Positions 1-13,530 of a stretch of 64,000 nt of DNA are shown one piece after another; positions within the stretch are counted from its first letter, which is position 1; the number at the start of each line of letters is the position of its first letter. The notes beneath the pieces were generated by a model that was not told the origin of the DNA, did no database searches, and worked only from the letters and a program-made list of their open reading frames with translations. A program made the translations under genes and the position numbers. Source of the DNA: Octopus vulgaris (Eukaryota); contig OX597825.1 of NCBI GenBank assembly GCA_951406725.2, positions 77,934,001 to 77,998,000 of the forward strand, read 5' to 3'.

Positions 1-808
1 CTCTGCTGCGCATGCGCACTACATTTTAACGTTCTAACTCACTTCCGCTGTTTACAGCAGTGCTTGGAAGAAAGCTGTGTAGCGTGTGATCGTCGCATTG
101 TCCATGACAGAGAAAGTTGTCATGGTGATACCTACTTAGAGACCTACACAAAGTTGCAGAAAGTGTATGGAGAGGAGTGTATGAGCCGTACACAAGTGTA
201 CGAGTGGTATAGACGTTTCCAAGATGGCCGTAAAAATATCGATATTGACAAACATTCAGGGAGATCTGCAACAAGCAGAACTGATAAAAACATCGCAGAT
301 ATGCGTGCGGTTGTGAGGGGAAATCGTGGAATCACCATCCGTGAGTTATCAGTGGATGTGTAGATTAGTTACGGTTCAAATCAGTCTATTATCATTGAAG
401 ATTTGGATATGAGATGCATGTCTGCCAAGTTTGTGTCAAAACTGCTTTCAGCTGACCAAGAGGACACTCGGGTTTCAGTTGCACAAGACCTCCTTGATTG
501 TGTCAAAAATGATGAAAACTTTCCGAAAACTTTGCGTCGGCATCAGAGTCACATTCGCCAAACTTTTGACAAAATGTGATGCAGATTCTCTGCTCAACTT
601 TCTCTATCATGGTCAATACGACGATTGCAAACTACACTTCTTCCTTCCACGTTCTGCTGTAAACAGCAGAAGTAAGGGAGGACGCTAAAACTTAGTGCGC
701 ATGCACAGAAGAGTTAAAGGTCAATCTGTGTGCCAAGTGGCTTTATTCTACGTGCTTTATCTCCATTACTATAGAAACACTCCGGATACTTATTGATCAG
801 ACCACATA
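1..808 (+). mobile_element. Tc1/mariner non-autonomous derivative with long inverted termini (left end outside window)
   Basis: ORF 64-363 resembles a mariner transposase N-terminal HTH region (KLQKVYGEECMSRTQVYEWYRRFQDGR...SGRSATS...ITIREL). Bases 1-119 are a diverged reverse complement of 595-713. Mariner-like end near 808. Confidence 0.85.
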
Positions 809-826
809 TTTCTGTGTGTATGTGGG

Positions 827-867
<41 letters not shown>

Positions 868-1782
868 GGGAGAGCGAGACAGACATTTGTAGAGAGATAT
901 AATATACCTATTATATATGTGTGTGTGTTTATGTTCGTATATATGTAAACATAGATATCAATACATACAAATATTTATAAGTGTATTTCTTATCTCTCTA
1001 TATACACGTGTCATATATGTATATATATGTATGTTTTGCATAGTGTGTACGCATGTATGTATACATATCTCTATATTGTACATGGTTGCGTGTATGTGTA
1101 TATATATATACATATATATTATGTGTGTGTGTGTATATATATATATAATATGCACATGTATACATGTATAAACATCTACATACATAGTCACACAACACAC
1201 ACACACACACACATAGATGCTTACACATACACACACACACACGCACACGCACACACACGCATATACATACATATATTTCCACGTCCTCCTCACTGCTTCC
1301 GCAAGCTATCATCACCCACTCTTCCACATAACTCCAGCAGATGTCATTACAATTTTTATTGGGTGTAGATAAACAACATATACAAAGGACGCCATTTTTT
1401 ATGGTTCAACTTAATTCAATTTGTCTTGGAGATTAAACTGTAGAAGATAAATAAATTGTTGGATTTTGTTCCGTTAAATTAGCGACTCGTTTATAAATTT
1501 GCATTGCGTATTTCATAAAGGTTTTCCTGCTGAAACTGGATGTTTATATAAACGAGTGTGTGTGTGTGTGTGTGCGTGTGTGTGTGTGCGTGTGTATGTG
1601 TATGTGTGTGTATGTGTGTGTGTGTGCGCGTGTGTGTGTGTGTGTGTATGCCTGTGTGTTATCAAAAAGGATTAAGAGAAACTGTACTCAAAGAATACAG
1701 AACAAGTTTCACGCTTCTACATATATACGTCCACTCATACATATGAACACACACACACGTGTGTGTGCATGTGTGTGTGTGT

Positions 1783-2110
1783 GAAGGTTCGTGGTTTAGT
1801 TGTTAGGGTATTCAGCTCAGGATCATAAGGCCTTGAGTTCAATTCCCGGCAATCCGTTGTATCCTGGAGCAAGACACTTTACTTCACGTTGCGGCAATCT
1901 ACCCAGCTTGCAAAACTGAGATGTACCTATATTTCAAAGGACCAGCCTTGTTACACTTTCTGTGTCTCGCTGAATCTCTCTGGGAGCTATGTGAAGGGTA
2001 CGTGTGTCTGTGGAGTGCTCACCCACATGCATATCAATGACACGAGGAGGCTACTCAGTTGATCGGATCAATAGAAAGTCTTATCGTCGTAAGCGACGGA
2101 AAGCGAGTTC
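1783..2110 (+). mobile_element. tRNA-derived SINE (family D), diverged, with CORE-like segment
   Basis: A-box-like TGGTTTAGTTG, B-box GAGTTCAATTCC, then tcctggagcaagacacttt CORE-like motif. Confidence 0.65.
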
Positions 2111-2312
2111 AGCTCTAACCATTCAACTCCTGGTATCCTTTATATTCTGTATCCATACACTTGAAAATTTTTTTCTTATTCAATGTATTTAATATTCTGT
2201 GTAAATCGAGTTGCCTAACTTGCTTTTCATTACATTTACTCCTCTAACTGCTCAAGATCAAATCTCTTGAGCACTTCGAAGTCTATTCTATATAGAGAAC
2301 GCCCGTCTCTAA

Positions 2313-2385
<73 letters not shown>

Positions 2386-2387
<2 letters not shown>

Positions 2388-2758
2388 CAACAATTGAGGT
2401 AAAATTAATTAATTATTAATCAATTTCACCAAGTATTCATATGTAAAGGGACCATTTAAGGCGAATTCAAATATTACATTTTATACTTAGTAAAATAAAT
2501 TACTTGACATACTGAACTCAAAAATAAAAAAATTTTTAGCCATTTCTAATACTTAAAGAATTCTCAGATAGTGTTTACTCAAAATAACCCGAATGGGGTA
2601 AAACATAAAAATCACAAGTGCACTTTACCTTCGTGGGTTATTTTTGATTAAACACTATCTGAGAGAAATTTTTTTATATTAGAAATGGCTAAAAAATTTT
2701 TTGCTATTGAGTTCAGTATAAAGTAATTTATTTACTAAGCCCTTTATAAAATGTTATA
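2386..2758. repeat. Asymmetric fold-back element between (TA)n tracts
   Basis: Arms ~2472-2603 and ~2623-2758 are imperfect inverted repeats; unpaired extension 2386-2471. Confidence 0.8.
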
Positions 2759-2764
2759 TATATA

Positions 2765-2808
<44 letters not shown>

Positions 2809-2929
2809 CTTTTCATTGCATTAAGTGACTTCCATAGTTGACCTATCTCCGTAACATACATAGCCTTCGTATTTGTTTACAAATATTATAAGTAGTATTG
2901 GACAGTTAAAGTATATGTTCATAAAATTT

Positions 2930-3062
2930 GATTAAAATGGTTGGATGAACATTTGGCCCAATCGGATGCGTATGATGCGTTGATATGTTGGTTCGATTCT
3001 GGTCTGGGTCAGCTCATCATTTTCCAGTCAATTGTTTATATTAAAAAATGCCGCTTTAAATC

Positions 3063-3065
<3 letters not shown>
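2930..3065 (+). mobile_element. tRNA-headed short element (family E)
   Basis: A-box-like 2954-2965 and B-box 2990-2999; body matches 11250-11362 and 20398-20480. Confidence 0.65.
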
Positions 3066-3112
<47 letters not shown>

Positions 3113-3221
3113 ATATATATATGTCTATATATGTAAAGATATGTGTGCGTGTTCATGTATGTATGTATATATGTATGTATGTATGCATGTGTGAAAGTGT
3201 GCATGTATGTAAAACATGAAA

Positions 3222-3377
3222 GGCTTCAGTTTCCGTCTACCAAATCATTTCACATGGTTTTGGTCAACCTGGGGCTCCAGTAGAAGACATTTGGTCAAGG
3301 TGACACGTACTACGATTGAACCCGTTTCCATGTGTTTGGACGCCAAACTTCTCGCCACACAGCTTCTCCGACTCCTC
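3222..3377 (-). mobile_element. SINE family A, 5' half, diverged
   Basis: Similar to the reverse complement of 15168-15330. Confidence 0.7.
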
Positions 3378-3986
3378 TATCTAGATTAATCATAAGAAAA
3401 TATAATTTTTCATATTAAATATTTTTAACTACTCTGTTATTACTCATTTTAATCAGAGTAATTAAAATTTATTATCAAAGCGATGAGACTTTACGAGATT
3501 TTAAGTAAATATACGTTTAGAGTATCGAGAAAAATTCGTTCTGTTTCGCAAATTATTAACCAGGCGTTAATTGGTTTACCGGCTCTTGTTTATTTATTTG
3601 GTGAAATTTTGGATCTTTATTAGAATCAAATAACTGTAAGGCTAAGAAAAGAATGTGAACATCTAAAGATGTTCTTACAAACTCTGTTTTTAGGATGAAG
3701 AATTTTAGTAACACAAAAATGCCGTCATTTTTTTCATAAACAAGTTGTCTGTACACTAACTTTCGTTTCTCTAATGTAGACGAAATTCTTGCCCCTCTGG
3801 GATTTCCATGGTGCCAAATATCTACAAGGATATTACTAAGTTGTCTCCTAAGAATTATTATTTCCAAAGCTTGTAATTGTTTGTCAATGATAGAAAACCA
3901 CGTTTTATCTTTCTCTCTCTCTCTCGCCCTTTCTTCACCTCAATATATATATATATAATAAGTGTGCGTGTATACATATATCGAAT

Positions 3987-4051
3987 ATAGCGCCGATGAC
4001 GGAATTCAAACTGATTTCCATGTTTGCGATCCAGAAACATATGTCCGCTAT
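3987..4051 (+). ncRNA. Type I hammerhead ribozyme-like motif (U4C variant)
   Basis: Stem I atagcg/cgctat; core CCGATGA 3993-3999; stem II gga...tcc; GAAA; palindromic stem III ACATATGT; GUC site. Confidence 0.7.
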
Positions 4052-4309
4052 TAACGGTAAGTGACTGAATTCGTATATTTGCCACTCCGGTTTTGTGTAT
4101 GTGAGCCGTAAGGGCCTTCGTTTTTGGATTCTCCACTTATAGAAATTGGAAAAACGGTCTTTGACTGCCATTTCTAATTCCTTCGGTATGAGGTGAAACA
4201 GCCTGCTGTTAACCTTCTTATTTTTTCTTTACTATATATATATATATATACACGTATATATACGTATATGTGTCAATATATATATATCACTAACTCTGTC
4301 TAGCTCTTT

Positions 4310-4353
<44 letters not shown>

Positions 4354-4360
<7 letters not shown>

Positions 4361-4652
4361 ATCACGTGACCGACCAGACCATCAGATGCTGCTACACATC
4401 GCTGGTCACAATGCGTTCGCATTGTTTTAGCCTTCGAACGACGCCACCCCGCTGGCTAAGCGAGCAGGCCAACAGAAGAAAGTGGGAGAAAGAGTGGTGA
4501 AAGAGTACACCAGGGATCACCACCCCCTGCCGGAGCATCGTGGAGCTTTTAGGTGTTTTCGCTCAATAAACACACACAACGTCCGGTCTGGGAATCGAAA
4601 CGGCGATCCTCCGACCGCGAGTCCGCTGCCCTAACACTGGGCCATTGCGCCT

Positions 4653-4654
<2 letters not shown>
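4354..4654 (-). mobile_element. tRNA-headed SINE, subfamily C1 (possibly octopus OR1/OR2 group)
   Basis: tRNA-like head with A/B boxes on the minus strand; 5' half shared with 14659-14930; tail ends cacgtgatcacgtga-(TA)n; second copy 56709-56927. Confidence 0.8.
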
Positions 4655-4688
<34 letters not shown>

Positions 4689-4870
4689 ATATATATATAT
4701 ATATATATATATATAGGTAGCTAGGTAGCTAGCTAGATATACACAAACATGCATACGCATAGATATTGATGTATATGCACATATACTCACACATCACTAT
4801 CCCTCTCTCTCTCTCATTCTCTCTGCCCCTTTCTCTCTCTCTCTCATTTTCTCTCCCTCTTTCTCTCTCT

Positions 4871-4906
<36 letters not shown>

Positions 4907-5229
4907 ATTAAAAAAACTATAAAATGTATTGTACCCATGTTACAGAATTTTAAGTCGTTTGGTGTGTGTTTTTTACCTTGGAAGACTCATCTGTTTTCTC
5001 AGTTAATTTTCATATACTCACCCGCGAAATTCACAACTTTTCATAGAAGTCTTTGACAGAATCGATCGCAAGAGGGGTCCTGATAAGAAAAGTTGTTGTT
5101 TTTGTTGTTGTTTCATTCATAATATTTCGAATTATTTCAATAAAGAAAAAGAGGGTGAATTTTTTTTTTTTAATGTGATTTATTCTTCTTCTTATTGTTA
5201 TTATTATTACTGTTGTTGTCGATTTAATG

Positions 5230-5810
5230 CAGGTTTTGTTGGGACTCCTGAAACCCTGCATGCGGTACCATGCTATCTGTTCTTTTTTCAACTACCCAAT
5301 ACTTTCGTTTCTGACCGCGCCAAGGAGGCAAAACTTTCGAAACAGCTCTTCTGAGCACTTTATTCCCATTTCCTTTATATTCTTCTTGATGCCTTCTGTT
5401 ACTGCCCCTAAGGACCCAAAAATAATTGGTACTATCTTCACCATCTTCATTTTCTACAGTCGAGCTACGCCGTATTTAAGAGGATAGTATGTCTATTTTT
5501 ATCACCTTCCTTCTTGTCTATTCGTGGATCAAAGGCGCACTCTGCTATGATTATAGAACACATGTGGTTCATCTTGTCCATCACCACTAGATCCGGATCA
5601 TTGTATCAAACACCTAATCCGTTTGTATTGTGCTTTTTGCTCACACTACGTCTTGTCTTTTTCTAATCCCCACTTTTCACATGGTTTCCAATGTAGCACT
5701 TTCGCTACCTCATCATGTCACCAAAACTTATATTGCTTTTGGGAAAGTCGAGGGCATTCGTTCACGATACGGGCAATGGTTTTGTCAGAATCAGATAATA
5801 GAAACACTTG
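5230..5810 (-). mobile_element. 3' relic of an RLE-type non-LTR retrotransposon (R4/Dong-like)
   Basis: Minus-strand broken translation TIARIVNECPRLSQKQYKFW*HDEVAKVLHWKPCEKWG ... PDLVVMDK ... KIVPIIFGSLGAV ... CLLGA; TAA/CAA-rich tail near 5200. Confidence 0.75.
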
Positions 5811-6009
5811 CTCAGTCTTATGGTTGACCCTCTAATTTGCATAATTTCTCCAGACTGTTAAAGGTCTGAGCCCGAATTCGGCCGTGGCCAACTTTGCCTT
5901 TCGTCTTTTCGGGATCGATAATAAAACGTACCAGTTGAATACTGAGGTACATACCATTCTCCCAAAATTTCAGTCATAGTCCCAACAAGAGAAAGAATTA
6001 TCCCCATCA

Positions 6010-6103
6010 TCATTATGGTGATGATGATGATGATTGATGATGATGACGATGATGATGATGATGGTGGTGGTGGTGGTGGTGGTGGTGGTGGTGGTGGTGG
6101 TGG

Positions 6104-6185
<82 letters not shown>

Positions 6186-6285
6186 GATGATGATGATGAT
6201 GATGATGATCGTGGTGGTGGTGGTGGTGGTGGTGGTGGTTGTGGTGGTGGTGGTGATGGTGGTGGTAATGATGATGATGATTACT
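6010..6285. repeat. Compound (GAT)n/(GGT)n microsatellite
   Basis: Directly visible. Confidence 0.95.
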
Positions 6286-6784
6286 AACGGCGATATTCCT
6301 TTTATATCGATGTAATGCTATAATACAGCAATCAAAATTTTCGCGTCGCAACACCGTCTTTCTTTTACCAAAATGTCTCCAAGTGTAAATTCTCAAGAAA
6401 GCTTGTTGATTAAAGGGAATCTTTGGTAACCTGGAAACGAGGATTGAGAGAAATTTCGGACGGATCACGTAATAGAATTAGCCAAGTATTCTTTAATACC
6501 CAATACAAAATGTTTAACACTGTAAATAATACGTAAACGGTAAAAGCAATCGATTTTTCCCAGAGCGTCAATTTGACTTAATAACAAACTGACGACGCCA
6601 TATTGCCATTTTCTATTTAAGCAGGATTTTATACATACATACACATACATACATACGTCATACATACATGCATGAAGATATATATACACACATATGCACA
6701 TATGTGCATATGTACATACATACATACATACATACATACATACACACATACATACATACATACATACATACATACATACATACA

Positions 6785-6820
<36 letters not shown>

Positions 6821-7259
6821 TATTAATATATATTTTAAAAATCCTAGGGAATAATAAGTATTCCAAGTTATCAGGACATTTACTATTTTACACTTTACTA
6901 ATGCAATGTAAACAGTATCATCTATAATATTATTACAAATTTGGTATTTTACCAATAAAACCGCAACTCCTATTTCAAGATAACCTTATTGTCTGGAATA
7001 CACATAGAAAGTTATATCCAATAAAATAACATAAGCATTTAAAAAAACCTACTATAAAATTCAATAAAATTATTTGAAAAAATATATATAAATTACCTGT
7101 TATTAGTCTGAGGGGAAAGAAGATATTTTTAATCAACGCAAATTTGCAATATTACACATATATATATACATACATACATACATACATACATACATACATA
7201 CATACGTACATACATACATACATACATACAAACATACATACATATATACATACATACAA

Positions 7260-7384
<125 letters not shown>

Positions 7385-7417
7385 GGCAGACGGAGACGGC
7401 ATTATGTGCGTATATGT

Positions 7418-7555
7418 ATTAGTATAGCGCTCAGGAATAGAAAAAGTCTTTTACGTTTCGAGCCTACGCTCTTCGACAGAAAGATACACAGATAAAAAAA
7501 CAAGGAGAGAAACAAGGAGAGAAAAAAATGCGTGTAGTAGCTAACGATGGCGTCT

Positions 7556-7556
<1 letters not shown>
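7418..7556 (-). mobile_element. Solo PLE pseudo-LTR fragment with hammerhead (7447-7484)
   Basis: Reverse complement closely matches ~42815-42965; reads tcttt-CTGTCGA-a-gagc-gtag-gctc-GAAA-cgt-a-aaaga. Confidence 0.85.
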
Positions 7557-7631
<75 letters not shown>

Positions 7632-8243
7632 GATATCCTTTCCGTTTCTATCTACCAAACCCACTGACTAGGCATTGATCAATCCAGGGCTATATTAGAC
7701 ATTCGCTCAAGTTCTAGTGGAACTGAACCCAAGCCGACATGCACGCTCCGCTATATAACCCATGAGGTCTAAACACCACCACCACCAACCACAAGATTAT
7801 GAAATACACATACTCCTATGGATAGACTGAAAAATCTAAGCGTGTTGTAACTTTAAAACTCAGCAGACATGGCGGTCTGTTACATTTACAGCCAATAACA
7901 GACCTCAAACAACTCGAATACAACGTTTGAATGTATCGATTCTTGGCGGGTGTACAAAATCTGCGTTGAATTTGTTTGTAGAGCCTAGGTTGAGCTAAAG
8001 ATATAAAATTGAAGGGGTTTTTATTTTTATTTATTTCTGTTATTATCACAGCTAGAATTACGGCAATTTCAATAAACAGGTTTTCGTAAACGTTATAGGC
8101 TAATATGCAATTCATATTTCTCCTTACATACCTGTATAGCTGTGTGCGTTGGTAGATATATATGTGGGTGCGTATATATGAATTCCTATGTATGTGCGTG
8201 TGTGCATATACATGCATGCGTTAATATGTATTAATATGTATGT

Positions 8244-8293
<50 letters not shown>

Positions 8294-8384
8294 TATAGAT
8301 ATATTTATATACATGTATACATGCACATATATATATATGTGTGTGTATATGTATATATGTATGTATATTTATATATATGCATAC

Positions 8385-8433
<49 letters not shown>

Positions 8434-9230
8434 TAAGTGTCCATGGATGCATTTGTGAATACATCTAAATATGTATGTGTATGTGTATATATATGTATAT
8501 AAATATATATATTTACATTTTTACAAATATACATATACATATATCTATACTCACATGCATACACATACACACATACGTATACATACATGTATATATATAT
8601 ACATACATATATATGCATACATATATATACATATATACAATATATATATACATATAATATATATATATATCTATGAATGTATGTATGTATGTACGTATGT
8701 ATACATGTATACACACATAGAAATGATAGAAATGTCACGGAAGAATTGTGTATGAGTATAAATGGTATACACATATACGTGTGTATGCAAGTGCGTGTGT
8801 GTGTATGCTTGTGCGTGTGTGTGTGTATGTGTGTATACGTGTGCGTGTGTATATATGTGCTTGCACGTGTATAAAATAAAGGGGTTGATATCTCCAGAAA
8901 AAGTGTGTCTGTGTGAGATCTTAATATGTATATTGATTTCTGTATACATCTATGCAAATAACTGTATCGGCCGACATCAAAAAGAAAGGAATGATATATT
9001 TACTAGTCTTGCTCCGGAAATTCAGATACGCTGATTTCCATTAAAGTTAGCTCTTGGGATAATATCAGGAATTTTCTGCTTATAATTAAAGACAAGTGCT
9101 AAAAATTGCATCGATAAAATTGACCAAAACCGAAAGCTATGCATGCAATAGGTTTAATAAATTACTATTAATCGATAAATCACACATAGGGATATATACA
9201 CATACACCCTTACACACATACACACACTTG

Positions 9231-9268
<38 letters not shown>

Positions 9269-9508
9269 CGTGCGTGTGGCATTTGTATGTGGGTATATAT
9301 GTACATATGTGTATAAATATATAGACGTGTTTACTTATGTATAAATATACATGTATGCATATATGTATATATATATGTATGTATATATATATATATATAT
9401 TTATATACATATGTCTTATCTATGTGCCTATGTATACATATATACGTACATACACACACACATATATGTATGTATATATATATATATGTATATATGTATC
9501 CATATATA

Positions 9509-9542
<34 letters not shown>

Positions 9543-9893
9543 CTTATATATATATAATATATAATATATATACGTATGTGTGTATGTGTTTAAAAGATTG
9601 TATGAGTGTGTGCTGGTATTTGCGCCTCGCATTCAACTTTTTTACGTATGACCATAGTCATCAATATGTATATATACATAGACACGTATATCGCATATAA
9701 TACACACACAGACAAATAAAAGAAACACACATATAAACACACACACACATTAGAATTTCAACAATACATTAATCGAATGTACAAACGAACGGACTCAGCA
9801 TGCCGCCATATTTACATAAATAAATATATATATAAATAAATAAATGAATAAGAAACCAAATAAATAAGTAAAGCGTCCCATACACACAATGTA

Positions 9894-9942
<49 letters not shown>

Positions 9943-9960
9943 TTATATATATATATATTG

Positions 9961-10017
<57 letters not shown>

Positions 10018-10031
10018 GAAACACACTGACA

Positions 10032-10149
<118 letters not shown>

Positions 10150-11044
10150 TGCATATATGCATATATACATATAGATGAGCAAATATGTTGATGGTAGCTT
10201 GAAATAGTACTGTAGTATACTCTACAGTACGTAGTATTTGGTACATAAATACCTGTCGTACCAAAGTGGTTAATCTGATGCCATTTGTTATGCAAACATT
10301 ATACAAACGACTGCCAAATGACTTCAATATCAAAAATAAATCATATCTATTCGTTATTGTTATGTAGTTGTCTGGGAGCGAGCTACAGTGTAATGCAGAA
10401 GGCTGCAACGTCGATAAATCTTGCAAGTTGCTTGTGTAACTAACAAGTTCGGGTTAAGTCAAATTGTGTTCTTTGGGTAAATAACTTTCCTTCTAGTAAA
10501 TCCCTACCATGTAGAATAATGCCCTCTAAGTGAATTTGATAATCACAAGAGGCATAGCGACTTGGACAAGTGTCTTCTACTATACTCTCGGACCGACGAA
10601 ATCGTGAGTGGATTTTGTAGACGGAAACTTAATTGTTTGTCTAAAGAAAAACCTAAAGGAAAATTTTCTGACTTAAAACATAAGTACTGAAATTCGATAT
10701 ATCAAATTAAAACCTTTAAGGTGGTACCCTAGCATGGTCCCAGTCCAATAACTGAAACAAGTGGAAGAATAAAAGAATATTTTTTCATCAACTGTGTGAC
10801 GTCATTGCGCTAAATTTGGTGGGATATCGTCTTTAAAATATAATTTGAGGGCTGATATACGTATGAATATGTTCGTAGTAATGTCCAAGGCGTCCTGTAT
10901 TGTATTACATTGTACAAATATATACATGTATGTACATACATATATATTCACATATATGTGTGTATGTATTTGTATATATAAATATATATCGACATACATT
11001 TGTTTGTATGTATTTATATATATATATATATATATCGCGCATTT

Positions 11045-11385
11045 ATAAACAATCCAGAAGGCTTTGTAAGTTACGGAGAGAAAGCTACTATGGAAGTCTA
11101 TTAGTACAAGAAAACTATAATAATATATATATATATTTTATCCTATATAAAGTGTCATTTATCTATAAACAAATTGAATGAAAAATGATGAGCCAGAATC
11201 GAACCCACATGTATATGCGTAAAACTTTGGCTGAAATTGATGGGTGAGTGTTTGGTCCAGTGGAATGTGCATGTAAGTCATGTGGGTTCGAATTTGGATA
11301 GGGTTAGCTCATCATTTTTCTGTCAAATTGTTTATATATAAATGTCGCTTTAAATCGTAGAATATATATACTATTATTGTGATAT
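11045..11385. mobile_element. Family E tRNA-headed element with inverted duplication
   Basis: A box 11253-11263 and B box 11285-11294; arms ~11165-11208 and ~11278-11336; 11045-11130 is the reverse complement of ~20500-20583. Confidence 0.7.
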
Positions 11386-11386
11386 A

Positions 11387-11446
<60 letters not shown>

Positions 11447-12173
11447 GTGTGTGTGTGTGTGTGGATAGATCGATAGATAGATAGATGCATTATGTATATA
11501 TTTTATATACTGACGCTAATGAACATAGTAAGTTGCCTACAATGCAATTTCTCAGATAATTTCCTGAAAAAGTGGCTCTAACCTCAAAATATTGAAATAC
11601 AAGATAAAAGTACAAACCAACCCCCTTATACACACATACTTTCAATATATATAATGTGTGTGTGTGTGTGTTATTTCTGAACAAACACTCACTCGCCAAC
11701 TGTTATGTTTCCTTATCTCTACAATCGCATTTTTATATCATCATTTTCGACAAGGTTTTGCCTTGTCCTATTTGTTTTCATACCATTCCGCTTATTGTGA
11801 ATGTTGTTATTGGTTCTTTCTATTATTCCCGTTGCTAGTATTCACAATGCTATTACCTTTAGTGTTTACCCTGCTTCCGTTATTGTTCCTGTTATCTATG
11901 TTAATGTCGATAGTTATACTTACATTAGGAACATTTGGACACTCACGATTTCTCCCCACTCCCAACCCCACCCGAGCACTATTGTCTTCCCGACTCCTTA
12001 GACCTAAGCTATTCCAGACGATATTTTTAAACTCTACGCTTACTATATTCAGCTTACTATTATTTAGATTATGACTATAGTATGCCAGGTTGCTTGATGT
12101 TTCATATGACAATTACATAATATGCCTGTTAAAAATCTTATGACACCTATAGATTTAGGGAAATGTCTATCTA

Positions 12174-12275
12174 ATGCGCACAAAAGATTTTCTAACCGTC
12201 TTAGATTCTACACGTAATCCGAATATTCGATTGAACCATAAAATGCTACCTTTGTTAGATTTATTATTATTTTCG
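12174..12275 (+). pseudogene. Highly decayed PLE RT fragment
   Basis: DFLTVLDSTRNPNIRLN..MLPLLDLLL resembles the PLE RT segment FL..LNS.HP.I.FT...LPFLD. Confidence 0.4.
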
Positions 12276-12464
12276 TTTTTAGTAAGAGTCACTAGGATCG
12301 GAATTAATAATAAGCTTTCTTTCCCTATTTCCAGCTGCCTTCCTTCTGTCTTTATTACTGCTTGTAATTATTTTGATTTGACTATCAGATTCTGATTCTA
12401 AGTATAGGTTTTCTCTTCTGCAATAACAACCCTAAGATTCACATCTTCTTTATGTCGGTTAATC

Positions 12465-12680
12465 CACATTACTCCTTAAGGAGCATAGGGCTGGTTTCCC
12501 GGTCTCTCTGGCGTATATATCTTCCTGGCTGGATGGGACGCCGTTCTGTCTCACTGTTACTCATTTTTTATCAACTGGATGGACCAGAACAACGTGAAAT
12601 TGAGTGTTTTGCTCAAGAATACAATGCTTTGCTCGGTGCAGGAATCGAAACCACGATCTTACGATCCAACACCCAAATCA
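12465..12680 (-). mobile_element. Diverged SINE related to family C
   Basis: catagggctggtttcccgg and ggaatcgaaaccacgatc resemble parts of 30825-31128 and 4354-4654. Confidence 0.55.
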
Positions 12681-12944
12681 CTGAGTACTACTCTTTATGC
12701 TAGTGTGTGTGTGTGTGTGTGTGTATGCGCACGCGCGTGTGTGTGTATTGAAAATTATAGCAACGCTTAATCTCTAGCTCTTTGACAAGACACCACTTTA
12801 TGTATGGCTGTACCTGATGTAACCCATACAACGTGTTGAACGGAGTGTCACCCATAAGAGAGAATAGCAGGATAGATCGAAACGATCGTTGTACTAGATA
12901 AAGACGAATACCAAATCTGTCTTCGGGTTACTTAATTATTATTA

Positions 12945-13356
12945 TTAGGTTGAATGAAAAGGTTCGTGCGCCGTGTTAAAAATAATGCTTTTTTTATATG
13001 ATGCAACTTGTTCGTCGAAAACGCGATTTGTTCCAACGAGACAATGCAAAGCTGCCTACCGCCAGAAAGCCCAGCAACAAGATTGAAGGATTGGACGGTG
13101 TGGAAGTTCTGCCGCATCCAGCCTATAGTCCAGACGTTGCTCCATCTGACTATGGTCTCTTCTGGTCAATGCAGCACTTTATGAAAGGTCGCCGATTTGA
13201 GTCATTCGATCAAGTTGAAGAAGGGTTGGTACTTTGACCAAAATCCGAAAGCTTGCAGATCGTTGGCAGAATGTCGTGGTAAATGATGGCCTTCATTTTG
13301 AAGAAAAGCTGTTTTTGAATAAATTCTTGCATAATGACTTTCAGTTCGTCATTATC
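12945..13356 (+). mobile_element. Internally deleted mariner element (DD34D C-terminal relic)
   Basis: LFQRDNA...VLPHPAYSPDVAPSDYGLF...KGRRFES, then [18 protein letters not shown]; starts TA-ttaggttg. Confidence 0.9.
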
Positions 13357-13377
13357 CACAGACAGATAGACAGACAG

Positions 13378-13412
<35 letters not shown>

Positions 13413-13444
13413 GACAGACAGACAGACTGACAGACAGACAGACT

Positions 13445-13530
<86 letters not shown>

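Noticed and set aside
3556-3867. 103-aa non-repetitive minus-strand ORF as a host exon
   Set aside because: No recognisable motif or splice context.
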